DNA of 40,446 nt from an uncultured Oscillospiraceae bacterium (GTDB taxonomy: Bacteria > Bacillota > Clostridia > Oscillospirales > Ruminococcaceae), in the NCBI GenBank assembly GCA_964637735.1, contig CAZWXJ010000002.1:288-40733 (forward strand), in the 5' to 3' direction. This document shows, in pieces, positions 1 to 9,035 of this stretch. A model generated the notes under the pieces. The model searched no databases. It saw nothing but the letters and a program-made list of their open reading frames with translations, and was not told the origin of the DNA. Both the position numbers and the translations under genes were made by a program. Position 1 is the first letter of the stretch. Each line of letters opens with the position of its first letter.

Positions 1-406
1 ATTCCCCACCAATGTTTACTTCAATCAATATTTTTGTCGTTAAATCTTTCTTTAAAAACTCTTTGCTAATTTGCTGTGCAAGCTTTTCAGAATCAACGCT
101 TTGAATCATGTCTACAAGACCAGGTAAATATTTCACTTTATTGCTTTGTAAGTGCCCAATCATATGTACTTCTTTTTGTAAATGTGCCAAATCTTCCTGT
201 TTTTGTATAATTTCTTGTACACGGTTTTCACCTATTATATTTGCTCCAGCTTCAATTACGGCAGCAATAGCATCTGCCTCTACCGTTTTTGTTACGGCAA
301 TCAATTGTACATCCTCAGTTTTTCTGCCAGATTTCACAGCAGCATTTGCTACTTTTTCTTTTACCGCATAGTAATTTTCAACACACTCAAGATAATAATT
401 TTCCAT
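1..406 (-). CDS. yggS: YggS/YlmE-family pyridoxal-phosphate-binding protein, N-terminal part only (gene runs off the left edge)
   Basis: My own minus-strand translation from the ATG at 404-406 gives MENYYLECVENYYAVKEKVANAAVKSGRKTEDVQLIAVTKTVEADAIAAVIEAGANIIGENRVQE...HMIGHLQSNKVKY...EVNIGGE. The AVTKT lysine motif and the GENRVQE and IGHLQSNK blocks are YggS hallmarks. It is absent from the ORF track because it is truncated; the + ORFs at 108..371, 182..475 and 289..489 are its shadows. It overlaps the upstream gene by 20 nt. Confidence 0.8.
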   Translation of the reverse strand, partial: MENYYLECVENYYAVKEKVANAAVKSGRKTEDVQLIAVTKTVEADAIAAVIEAGANIIGENRVQEIIQKQEDLAHLQKEVHMIGHLQSNKVKYLPGLVDMIQSVDSEKLAQQISKEFLKKDLTTKILIEVNIGGE

Positions 407-1607
407 CGTACAAATCTCGCCCTTCTACAATTATTTCATCATATAATTTTACACCATTGTTTTCACTGGTTGTAAGTGGTACCAAATAATAATATTCATC
501 TTCAAAAATGGGTGTAATTGGTTTAAATTGAGCAATGTTACCATATCTTACATATACGCCCATTACACCGTCAACAATGTGCAAAGCACGTTTATCTATA
601 CGTAACCCTGTATATTCTTTAAAAGATATTTTGATAGGTTGTATACGCAAATTAACAGTATCTGGTGTAACTTCTGTAAATTGAAACCCAACTTTTAGTA
701 TTTGATTTTCTACATCTTCTTCAACCGAAATAATCTCTGCGTTTAAATTAATAGCAGGTGTATATAAAAAAGAAATAGTCACATGCCCGCCAACAGTATA
801 GGCATGGCTGCCCTCTAATGGAAGAACAGAGTAAACGTACCATTTGTAATTTTCAGACACTTTTGCAATTGTACCTGTATTTGGCTGTGGAAGGCTACTC
901 AAAATAAAGTTTTGTAACTCCGCAGGTGGCATTTCATGAATAACATCAATCGTTGCGATGCTTTCATAGCCATCAACAGAAGAAGAAAAATAGCCAGTAA
1001 TAGGAGAAGTAATATAACTAACAGGCGCCTGAACAATAGCAGAAAGAGCAACACGTTCAGCCAATTTTTGCTCAATTAACAAAGAAAAATTTTCTTCTTT
1101 TCCTGTTGCAATTTGCATGCGGTTATAATAAAAGTTTAAACTATTTCGTGTGTTAGAAAGTAAAGCGTAATTTTCACTGTCAAGAAGTTCAATCATTTCA
1201 TAGGAAGTGTTTTGAGATTGTTTTAAAATAATTTCAACGTCGGTGTTTGTCATCGCGGAAAGGCTTTGCGCATTTTCTAACAGAGCAATTTCCTCATCAA
1301 GTCTTTGTATTTGAAGGTAGATAGAAGCTTGTTCCGCAGTTGAAAAAACTTCGCCAACGTTCCCACCTGCTGTTATGCGTTCGCCATCTACAGCAGTAAA
1401 ACCATATACGCCACCACTACTATAAGTAATTAATGTTTCATCACGCACAACAATACCTGTACTTTCAACAGAAGAAGCCATTGTATACTCAAATGCAGTT
1501 TGCGTACTGTATGGGCTATATATTATTTGAAAGAATTGGTAGCCTATGAACACGATAAACATACCGATTAGCAGTATAATAATTTGTTGTTTGTGTTTAT
1601 TGCTCAT
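387..1607 (-). CDS. Membrane-anchored HlyD-family (membrane-fusion/periplasmic adaptor-like) protein with no cognate transporter nearby
   Basis: 406-aa ORF. It has an N-terminal TM helix (IIILLIGMFIVFIGYQFFQII). A split lipoyl-like hairpin is visible (GFTAVDGERITAGGNVGEVF ... ITSPITGYFSSSVDGYE) around a coiled-coil segment (IYLQIQRLDEEIALLENAQ...), followed by a beta-rich C-terminus. This layout is typical of HlyD adaptors. Confidence 0.6.
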   Translation of the reverse strand: MSNKHKQQIIILLIGMFIVFIGYQFFQIIYSPYSTQTAFEYTMASSVESTGIVVRDETLITYSSGGVYGFTAVDGERITAGGNVGEVFSTAEQASIYLQIQRLDEEIALLENAQSLSAMTNTDVEIILKQSQNTSYEMIELLDSENYALLSNTRNSLNFYYNRMQIATGKEENFSLLIEQKLAERVALSAIVQAPVSYITSPITGYFSSSVDGYESIATIDVIHEMPPAELQNFILSSLPQPNTGTIAKVSENYKWYVYSVLPLEGSHAYTVGGHVTISFLYTPAINLNAEIISVEEDVENQILKVGFQFTEVTPDTVNLRIQPIKISFKEYTGLRIDKRALHIVDGVMGVYVRYGNIAQFKPITPIFEDEYYYLVPLTTSENNGVKLYDEIIVEGRDLYDGKLLS

Positions 1608-1636
1608 TTACTTCTCCAAATAATCATTTTTTATTA

Positions 1637-2590
1637 TTACTTCATAAACTGTTGTGCATACTTTATACCTTCATGCAAACAGTCTTGTTCGTCAACATAT
1701 ATGGTAATTGTGTTAGGTATGGCTTGAAACCAGGTCGATTGTCGTTTTGCATAATTGCGGGTAGCTTGTTTTAGTTTATCAATACAAAAGTCTAGTGGCT
1801 GTTCTTTATCAAAATACGGAAAGAACTCTTTATACCCTATCGCTTTTGCGGCTGTTGTAAAAATTTCTTTATGGTTATACACAAATTTTGCTTCTTCTAA
1901 AAGCCCCTCATCCATCATTTTATCTATCCGTATATTAATTTTTTCATACAAAAGCGCTCTGTTCTGGTAAGTCAAAAACAAAATAAGCGTATGATAAGGT
2001 TTTTCTGCTTTTTTAGAATACGCTATTTGGTCAGACATTTTTACACCTGTTTGCTCAAACAGCTCAAGTGCACGCAAAACGCGAGTTGTATTATTAGGGT
2101 GTAGTGTCTCTGCATAAGTAGGGTCAATACTTTGTAAACGGGCATACATTTCTTGTGTGCCCAAAAGTTCAAGCTCTTTCAGTAATTTTTCACGAAGAAC
2201 GGTATCTATTTTTGCAGGAGAGAAGTCAATACCATTCACCAAAGAAGAAATATACAGTCCTGTTCCGCCGCATAAAATAGGCAATTTATTTTTACTTGTA
2301 ACATCTTGAATTGCCTCTGTTGCAGCAGAAATATAATCAGCAACGCTGTAAGAAACATGCGGTTCAATTATATCGATAAGGTGGTGCGGCACATCTTGCA
2401 TTTCCGCAGTGGTCACTTTTGCAGTGCCAATATCTAGCCCTTTATATATCTGCATAGAGTCAGCAGATATAATTTCACCGTTAAACCTTTGCGCAAGTTC
2501 AACAGATAAACTTGTTTTACCAGTTGCTGTTGGCCCACATATCACCAAAAGTTTTTCTTTTTTATCCAAGGCGTCCAAAATACTTTTCAA
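1637..2590 (-). CDS. miaA: tRNA dimethylallyltransferase
   Basis: 317 aa with P-loop GPTATGKTSLS, then SADSMQIYKGLDIGTAKVT and the LCGGTGLY block. It sits in the classical position after mutS-mutL. Its start overlaps the mutL 3' end by 29 nt. Confidence 0.95.
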   Translation of the reverse strand: MKSILDALDKKEKLLVICGPTATGKTSLSVELAQRFNGEIISADSMQIYKGLDIGTAKVTTAEMQDVPHHLIDIIEPHVSYSVADYISAATEAIQDVTSKNKLPILCGGTGLYISSLVNGIDFSPAKIDTVLREKLLKELELLGTQEMYARLQSIDPTYAETLHPNNTTRVLRALELFEQTGVKMSDQIAYSKKAEKPYHTLILFLTYQNRALLYEKINIRIDKMMDEGLLEEAKFVYNHKEIFTTAAKAIGYKEFFPYFDKEQPLDFCIDKLKQATRNYAKRQSTWFQAIPNTITIYVDEQDCLHEGIKYAQQFMK

Positions 2591-4478
2591 GCTCCTTTTG
2601 GGTAAGCGTTAACACAATAGGTCTCCCGTGTGGGCAAAACTTTGGTGTGTCTTCAAGCATAACTTCTTGCACAAGCGCTAACATTTCAGGCTCTGTTGTG
2701 TAGTCTCTTGCTTTAATTGCTCCTCTGCAAGATATAGAAGCATAAAGCCATTCTTGTTTTTCACTCAATGCGCTTTTAATGCCCTTTGCAAGCTTTTGCG
2801 CTATTTCAGAAATAAACGCAGGTATTTCTCCTTCTAAAACAGTGGGCGGAACAGCACGTACTAAAACAGTATTTCCACCAAAATCTTCAATGTCAATTCC
2901 GTTGTCACTCAAAAAATCACTTTCAGAAAGCAGTACGTTCTTTTCCTCAGCAGAAAGCTGCACATCAACAGGAGAGAGCAATGTTTGCCCAGCCGTTTTA
3001 CCAAGGTTTTTAATAAGCTTTTCATACAAAATACGCTCATGCGCAGCGTGTTTATCTATAAAACAAATATCATCATTTATTTGTGCAACAATATATGTTT
3101 TAAAAACTTCACCAATCACCCGTATATGTAAATCATTATTGTCGGTTTGCACCGGCAAATTGGCGTTTATGTCAGTTTCAGATGCAAAAGAAAGCTTATT
3201 CACATCTGCACTAGTATTTTCACTTTTACTTTGCACAACGTCTGCATCATAAAAAACTGTATCTGTATCTGCTTCAACGTCAATACCAGTGTTTTTAATA
3301 TACGCAACATCACTTCTTGAATAAAGAAGTTCTTGGTTAATTGCCTTTGTTTCATTGGTTTCAAAGGGGTTCGGGCGAAGAATAGAACGCCCGCTTAATT
3401 GTAAATTTTCATCATTTTTGTTCAGTGCAAAGTCATTTTGCTTTACATCTCTATTATCGGTATCAAGAATAATTTCACGCTCACTCGCCTCAGGTGTTGC
3501 AAGCGCAGTTTTTACACCTTGGTAAACAATATTAAACACTTCACCTTCATTTGCAAAACGCACTTCCGTTTTGGCAGGGTGAACGTTTACATCTACTTTT
3601 TCGGGTGAAATGGTTAAATTAAGCACACACCCTGGGAATTTTCCAGCCATAACAGACCCTTTGCAAGCTTGCTCTAGTGCTGCCATCATGGTTCGGTTTT
3701 TAATGTACCTACCATTTATAAAGAAAAACTGCATTGCCCTGCTACCCCGAGATGCTTTTGGCATGGTAACAAAGCCAGACAATGTATTTCCATCTTGTTC
3801 TGCGTAAACAGGCAATAAACCTTTCGCAAAGCTTGCACCTTGTAATGCGTGAATGGTCGTTAATAAATCTCCATTACCCGGCGTGCGAAATTGTTCTTTT
3901 CCATCTTTTATTAGCTGGAATGAAATTTCAGGATGAGACATAGCAAGGCGCAACACAACATCTTGTATATAATTCGTTTCACTTTGGTCTTTTTTCAAAA
4001 ACTTCATGCGCGCAGGGGTATTATAAAACAAGTCTTCCACCGTTATGGTTGTGCCATTCGGTCTAGCAGCGGTTTCAAAGCTTACCTCTTCCCCACCCTC
4101 TACAACATACTGCATAGCAAATTCAGCATTTTGCGCTTTGGTCGTCAGTGTTGTACGAGAAACGGACGCAATAGAAGCAAGTGCTTCCCCACGAAAACCA
4201 AGGGTAAGTATGGAATTCAAATCATCTGCTGTTGCAATTTTACTTGTAGCATGGCGAATAAAAGCTTTCGGTATTTCATCAGGCTCAATACCTGCACCAT
4301 TGTCTTGTATCTCAATTAACTTTATCCCTCCACGCTCAATGCGTACAGTAATAGAGGTGCTCTCGGCATCAATCGCATTTTCAAGTAATTCTTTTACAAC
4401 AGAGGCAGGGCGTTCAACAACTTCCCCAGCTGCAATCAATTCTGCTGTATGTTTGTCTAAAACATGAATAACGGCCAT
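2562..4478 (-). CDS. mutL: DNA mismatch repair endonuclease MutL
   Basis: GHKL ATPase N-terminus (AAGEVVERPASVVKELLENAIDA, DNGAGI). C-terminal endonuclease motifs are DKHAAHERILYE and CPHGRP. I place the start at ATG 4478 (MAVIHVL), 6 nt after AGGAGGTG; the ORF-track start at 4487 is a GTG inside that RBS. Confidence 0.95.
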   Translation of the reverse strand: MAVIHVLDKHTAELIAAGEVVERPASVVKELLENAIDAESTSITVRIERGGIKLIEIQDNGAGIEPDEIPKAFIRHATSKIATADDLNSILTLGFRGEALASIASVSRTTLTTKAQNAEFAMQYVVEGGEEVSFETAARPNGTTITVEDLFYNTPARMKFLKKDQSETNYIQDVVLRLAMSHPEISFQLIKDGKEQFRTPGNGDLLTTIHALQGASFAKGLLPVYAEQDGNTLSGFVTMPKASRGSRAMQFFFINGRYIKNRTMMAALEQACKGSVMAGKFPGCVLNLTISPEKVDVNVHPAKTEVRFANEGEVFNIVYQGVKTALATPEASEREIILDTDNRDVKQNDFALNKNDENLQLSGRSILRPNPFETNETKAINQELLYSRSDVAYIKNTGIDVEADTDTVFYDADVVQSKSENTSADVNKLSFASETDINANLPVQTDNNDLHIRVIGEVFKTYIVAQINDDICFIDKHAAHERILYEKLIKNLGKTAGQTLLSPVDVQLSAEEKNVLLSESDFLSDNGIDIEDFGGNTVLVRAVPPTVLEGEIPAFISEIAQKLAKGIKSALSEKQEWLYASISCRGAIKARDYTTEPEMLALVQEVMLEDTPKFCPHGRPIVLTLTQKELEKYFGRLG

Positions 4479-4499
4479 ATAGCACACCTCCTAGCATCA

Positions 4500-7094
4500 T
4501 TATAACAACTCTTTTAATTTGTACAGTAAATTAAGGGCTTCAATGGGGGTTAGCGTTTCAACATCCACTCTCTCAAGGGCTTCCAGTAGTTCGCTAGGTG
4601 TTTCTTGCGGCTGTAATGTTAAAGCAGCAGAACCAAAATGAAGCTGACTTACATTTGCATTTTCGGCAGAAAATTGTATCAATTCTTTCAAAATCTCTTT
4701 TGCACGTTGAATTACTTCATTTGGCACACCTGCAAGCTTCGCAACTTCTATACCATAGCTATCATCGGCAGGGCCACGCACAATGCGGCGTAAAAAAGTA
4801 ATGTCATCTCCACGTTTTTTCACGGCAATGTTGTAGTTTTTTATACCGTCAAGTTCATTTTCTAAATCAGTTAACTCATGGTAGTGGGTAGCAAACATGG
4901 TTTTACAGCCAACGCTACCATTTTTATTTGCAATATATTCAGCAACAGCTTTTGCAATACTCATGCCATCAAAGGTTGAAGTACCTCTGCCTATTTCATC
5001 AAGAATAATGAGACTTTTCGGCCCAGCATTTTGTAAAATTTCGGCAACTTCTGTCATTTCCACCATGAAGGTAGACTTCCCACTTGATAAATCATCTTGT
5101 GCCCCAACACGGGTAAAAATGCTATCTACAATGCCAATGGTTGCACTTTGTGCAGGTACAAAGCTACCAATTTGTGCCATTAGTGTAATCAATGCTGTTT
5201 GGCGCATATAGGTTGACTTCCCTGCCATATTTGGTCCAGTAATAATCAGTAACCTATTTTCATGATTATCAAGAAGTGTATCATTCGGTACAAACATCTG
5301 CCCTTTAGTCATTTGTTCAATAACAGGGTGGCGCCCCTCTGTAATGTCAATAACATCTGCAGTGTTTACATGTGGGCGTGTGTAGTTGTTTTTTGCAGCA
5401 ACATCAGCCAAAGCCATTAATGTATCAATGTGTGCAACAGCAGATGCTGTTTTTTGAATACGAGATAAATTGATAGATAAAAAATGTAACAGCTCATGAA
5501 ATAGTTCATGTTCTAATGTAACTAATCGCTCATTAGCGCCTAATATCTTATTTTCATAATCTTTCACTTCTTCAGTAATGTAACGTTCTGCATTGGCAAG
5601 GGTTTGTTTCCTAATAAAGCTGTCAGGCACTTGGCTCAAGTATGATTTTGTCACTTCAATATAATAACCAAACACTTTGTTATAGCCAATTTTAATGTTT
5701 TTAATGCCCGTTTCATCTTTCAAACGGTTTTCCATTTCAGCAAGTTTACCTTTACCGCCTGTTACAAGTCCACGCAGTTCATCCACTTCGCTGTTATAAC
5801 CAGCATTTATAACCCCGCCATCTTTTAAAGTAACGGGTGGGTTTTCAACCAAAGCGCAAAATATTTTTTCTTTAATGTCATCTAATGTGTCACAGTCATT
5901 ATATAAGTTTTTAAGAAGCGCAGAATTTTTTTGTTTGAGTAATGATTTTAGCGCAGGCAACTGCAAGCTTGTTGAACCAAGTGCATATACTTCACGTGGG
6001 GTTGCGCTGCCATATACAACACGTGTCATCAAACGTTCAATGTCAAATATTTTTGCAAGAATTTCTTGTAGTTCACTTCTGCCAATATGGTCTTCAAATA
6101 ATTCTTCAACAGCGTTTAATCTGTCATTTATTGGCTCAACATTCAAAAGTGGTTGTTCTACAAAAGTACGCAGTAAACGTTTCCCCATAGAAGTTTGCGT
6201 TTTATCAAGCACCCATAAAAGTGTGCCACGCTTTTCTCTTCCTCGCATCGTTTCTGTCAACTCAAGGTTTGCACGTGTCACAGGTGAAAGCTGCATATAC
6301 TGGCTACTGTTGTATACCTGTATTGTTTTTAAACGCTCTGTCCCCTTCTTTTGTGTTTCATGTAAATAAGCAACAAGTGCAGCAAGCGCAAAAGAGCTTT
6401 CATCTGTTTTTAGCAACTGTTTTATTGCGCCTTCAAATTGTTCTTTTAATAATTCTTCTGTTTTGAAGGGGTTGTAAATGCTATCGTCAATTAACTCAAC
6501 CGAGCAATTCACCCTATCTTTAATATAAGCAGTAATATCATTATGTGCCAGTATTTCGCTGTTAAAAATAACCTCACTTGGCATAAACCGGTATAATTCA
6601 CTAATAAGCTGTTTGTTCAGGTCATCATCACTTAAACTTGTTACTTGCACTGCACCTGTAGAAATGTCAGCAAAGCATAAACCAATGGTATTTTTACCAT
6701 AATAAATACTTGCAATGTAATTGTTTTTATCATCAGAAAGCATACTGCTTTCAATAACAGTGCCTGGTGTAACAACACGCACAACATCGCGCTTCACAAT
6801 GCCTTTTGCTTGCGCAGGGTCTTCTGTTTGCTCACATATGGCAACTTTATAACCTTTTTCAATTGACTTAGCAATATATCCTTCACTTGCGTGGTAAGGT
6901 ACGCCGCACATAGGGGCACGTTCTTCTTGCCCACAATCTCTGCCAGTTAAAGTCAGCTCTAATTCTTTTGATGCCAAAACAGCATCATCAAAAAACATCT
7001 CGTAAAAATCTCCGAGGCGAAAAAACACAATATGGTCTTTGTGTTTTTCTTTTATTGCAAAATATTGCTGCATCATAGGGGAAAGTTCTGCCAA
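4500..7094 (-). CDS. mutS: DNA mismatch repair protein MutS
   Basis: N-terminal LSPMMQQY...FYRLGDFYEMFFDDA-type block, Walker A GPNMAGKSTYMRQ and the DEIGRGTSTFDG block. The start is ambiguous: TTG at 7094 (M-AELSPMMQQY) or GTG at 7103. Confidence 0.95.
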   Translation of the reverse strand: MAELSPMMQQYFAIKEKHKDHIVFFRLGDFYEMFFDDAVLASKELELTLTGRDCGQEERAPMCGVPYHASEGYIAKSIEKGYKVAICEQTEDPAQAKGIVKRDVVRVVTPGTVIESSMLSDDKNNYIASIYYGKNTIGLCFADISTGAVQVTSLSDDDLNKQLISELYRFMPSEVIFNSEILAHNDITAYIKDRVNCSVELIDDSIYNPFKTEELLKEQFEGAIKQLLKTDESSFALAALVAYLHETQKKGTERLKTIQVYNSSQYMQLSPVTRANLELTETMRGREKRGTLLWVLDKTQTSMGKRLLRTFVEQPLLNVEPINDRLNAVEELFEDHIGRSELQEILAKIFDIERLMTRVVYGSATPREVYALGSTSLQLPALKSLLKQKNSALLKNLYNDCDTLDDIKEKIFCALVENPPVTLKDGGVINAGYNSEVDELRGLVTGGKGKLAEMENRLKDETGIKNIKIGYNKVFGYYIEVTKSYLSQVPDSFIRKQTLANAERYITEEVKDYENKILGANERLVTLEHELFHELLHFLSINLSRIQKTASAVAHIDTLMALADVAAKNNYTRPHVNTADVIDITEGRHPVIEQMTKGQMFVPNDTLLDNHENRLLIITGPNMAGKSTYMRQTALITLMAQIGSFVPAQSATIGIVDSIFTRVGAQDDLSSGKSTFMVEMTEVAEILQNAGPKSLIILDEIGRGTSTFDGMSIAKAVAEYIANKNGSVGCKTMFATHYHELTDLENELDGIKNYNIAVKKRGDDITFLRRIVRGPADDSYGIEVAKLAGVPNEVIQRAKEILKELIQFSAENANVSQLHFGSAALTLQPQETPSELLEALERVDVETLTPIEALNLLYKLKELL

Positions 7095-7127
7095 AAAAAA
7101 CACCGCCTCACAAAATTATAAAAAGCG

Positions 7128-7538
7128 TTAATCGCAAGCAGTACAACCGCCGCAATCTCCTGAACCGCAACTGGAAGGTAGTGCTTCAACAGTGGCAGGG
7201 TCTCCTCCGTTAATTGCAGTTGTTAAAATAGCATTAATATGCTTCATCAGTGCTTCAATATCGTTCTTTGCATTATTATATGCTACCATGCTTTCATTGC
7301 TCATAATGTCATTATATAAGTGGTTTATTTTATCATTCAATTCATCAATGCGGTGCATATCTTTCTGAGATTTATTCGTTTCTGCATTTAAATCAATACG
7401 TGCAAGGTTAAAATCTCCAATTTGTTGTTGCAATTCTTCGTCCATATCATTTGCTTTTCTTGCAGAATCTAAGTAGATATATCTATCATCTTTTTGAACT
7501 GCAAGGGCTAATTCTTTTGCAAAATCAATAACATCCAT
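7128..7538 (-). CDS. YlbF/YmcA-family protein (RicA-like) with a C-terminal four-cysteine tail
   Basis: 136 aa and helical. The N-terminus (DFAKELALAVQKDDRYIYLDSARKA ... QQQIGDFN) resembles the YlbF/YmcA family. Synteny matches B. subtilis ymcB(miaB)-ymcA-...-mutS-mutL. The tail reads SSCGSGDCGGCTACD. Confidence 0.7.
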   Translation of the reverse strand: MDVIDFAKELALAVQKDDRYIYLDSARKANDMDEELQQQIGDFNLARIDLNAETNKSQKDMHRIDELNDKINHLYNDIMSNESMVAYNNAKNDIEALMKHINAILTTAINGGDPATVEALPSSCGSGDCGGCTACD

Positions 7539-7562
7539 AATAGTTACTCCTTTTATGTTAAG

Positions 7563-8933
7563 TTAAATTAATTCACCTTTTAGCATGGCTTTGCGTGCGC
7601 CTGTTATGTTTACTAACACAAACTCGCCAGTTTGTGCGTGGTTTGTTTTAAATTCAACAGTCAGGTTATTATCAAGCCTTCCAGTGTATATGTCTTGGTC
7701 TTCGTTATAATTTTCAATCAATACTTTTTCAGTTGTACCAATATATTTTTGCAGTGCATTTTCAGCAAGTGTTTCTTGTAACTTTACAAGTGCATTTAAG
7801 CGGTCAGTTTTTAATTTCCGTGGGGTGTCATCTTGCATTTCGGCAGCTGCGGTTCCGCTTCTTTTAGAAAAAATAAAAGTAAAGAGCTGCATATACCCAA
7901 CTTTTTTTATAAGTTTCACTGTTTGGTTATATTCTTCTTCTGTTTCACCTGGGAAGCCGATAATAACATCACTTGAAAAAGTAACGCCAGGTATTTTCTC
8001 TCTAGCATAATCTACTAAAGAAGTGTATTTTTCAACCGTATAATTACGGTTCATTTCTTTTAGCAATCTATCGCTGCCGCTTTGTACAGGCAAATGAATA
8101 TGGCTACAAATTTTCTCATTGTTTGCAATGGTGTCAATTAGTTTATGTGTTGCATCTTTCGGGTGGCTCGTCATAAATCGCACACGAAAATCACCGTCAA
8201 CATTTGCAAGCATTTGCAATAAGTCTGAAAAATCTATGTTTTCTTCTAAGCCTTTTCCGTATGAATTCACATTTTGCCCAAGTAAAGTGATGTCTTTATA
8301 TCCATCAGCAATCAATTCTTTAAACTCTGCCAAAATCGCATCAGGCTTTCGACTACGTTCTCTTCCTCGTACATGTGGCACAATGCAATAGGTACAAAAG
8401 TTGTCACACCCATACATAATTGGCAGCCACGCCTTGAAAGAAGAATCTCTCTTTGTAGGTATTTCTTCATTAATTTGAATATTTTCAACAGGGTCTAATA
8501 ATATCTTTTTTGTTCCGCTTAATTTTTGAAATAATATTTCAGGTAGTGCATCAATTGAATTGGTTCCAAAAACAATGTCAACATAAGGGTAACTCTTTTT
8601 TATTTTTTCTACAATTTGCTTCTGTTGCACCATACAGCCGCAAAGCCCAATAATTAAGTTCGGGTTCTTCTCTTTTAAACGTTTCAATGCACCAACATTG
8701 CCAAACACACGTTGTTCAGCGTGTTCCCGCACGGCGCAAGTGTTAAACAAAATAAAATCGGCTTCTTCAGCACTATTTGCTATACCAAACCCAAGTACTG
8801 AAAGCTCCCCTTTTATTTTCTCACTATCGTTCGTATTTTGTTGGCAGCCATATGTTTGCACAAAAGCCATAGGTGGAAATTCATATTGACTAACAATAAA
8901 TTCAGAAATAGATTCAATGGTGCGTGTTTCCAT
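7563..8933 (-). CDS. miaB: tRNA-2-methylthio-N6-dimethylallyladenosine synthase (radical SAM methylthiotransferase)
   Basis: 456 aa. The N-terminal UPF0004 cysteines sit in (F)VQTYGCQQN. The radical-SAM motif is YGCDNFCTYCIVP, and there is a C-terminal TRAM-like region. Confidence 0.95.
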   Translation of the reverse strand: METRTIESISEFIVSQYEFPPMAFVQTYGCQQNTNDSEKIKGELSVLGFGIANSAEEADFILFNTCAVREHAEQRVFGNVGALKRLKEKNPNLIIGLCGCMVQQKQIVEKIKKSYPYVDIVFGTNSIDALPEILFQKLSGTKKILLDPVENIQINEEIPTKRDSSFKAWLPIMYGCDNFCTYCIVPHVRGRERSRKPDAILAEFKELIADGYKDITLLGQNVNSYGKGLEENIDFSDLLQMLANVDGDFRVRFMTSHPKDATHKLIDTIANNEKICSHIHLPVQSGSDRLLKEMNRNYTVEKYTSLVDYAREKIPGVTFSSDVIIGFPGETEEEYNQTVKLIKKVGYMQLFTFIFSKRSGTAAAEMQDDTPRKLKTDRLNALVKLQETLAENALQKYIGTTEKVLIENYNEDQDIYTGRLDNNLTVEFKTNHAQTGEFVLVNITGARKAMLKGELI

Positions 8934-8962
8934 AAAAAATATTCACCTTCCTACAGCCAATA

Positions 8963-8991
8963 ATTATACCATTTTAGGAGATATAAAACAA
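8963..8991 (-). promoter_or_regulatory. Putative sigma-A promoter of the miaB-ricA-mutS-mutL-miaA unit
   Basis: The minus strand reads TTGTTT, a 17-nt spacer, then TATAAT with an extended -10 (TGGTATAAT at 8963-8971). It lies about 25 nt upstream of RBS GGAAGGTG and the ATG at 8933. Confidence 0.5.
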
Positions 8992-8992
8992 G

Positions 8993-9024
8993 GCGCAACA
9001 CATGTGAATTCACAAATGTTACGC
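8993..9024 (-). terminator. Imperfect hairpin downstream of uvrA (probable intrinsic terminator)
   Basis: The sequence gcgcaacacatgtgaattcacaaatgttacgc pairs at 13 of 16 positions around a GAATTC centre. On the minus strand it is followed by CCTTGTTTTAT. It lies 12 nt after the uvrA stop. Confidence 0.4.
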
Positions 9025-9035
9025 TTTAATTTGTT

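Noticed and set aside
108-489. Three overlapping plus-strand ORFs at the left edge (108..371, 182..475, 289..489).
   Set aside because: The minus strand here translates into a clean YggS-family N-terminus (AVTKT, GENRVQE, IGHLQSNK). The plus-strand products are Cys/Phe-rich nonsense.
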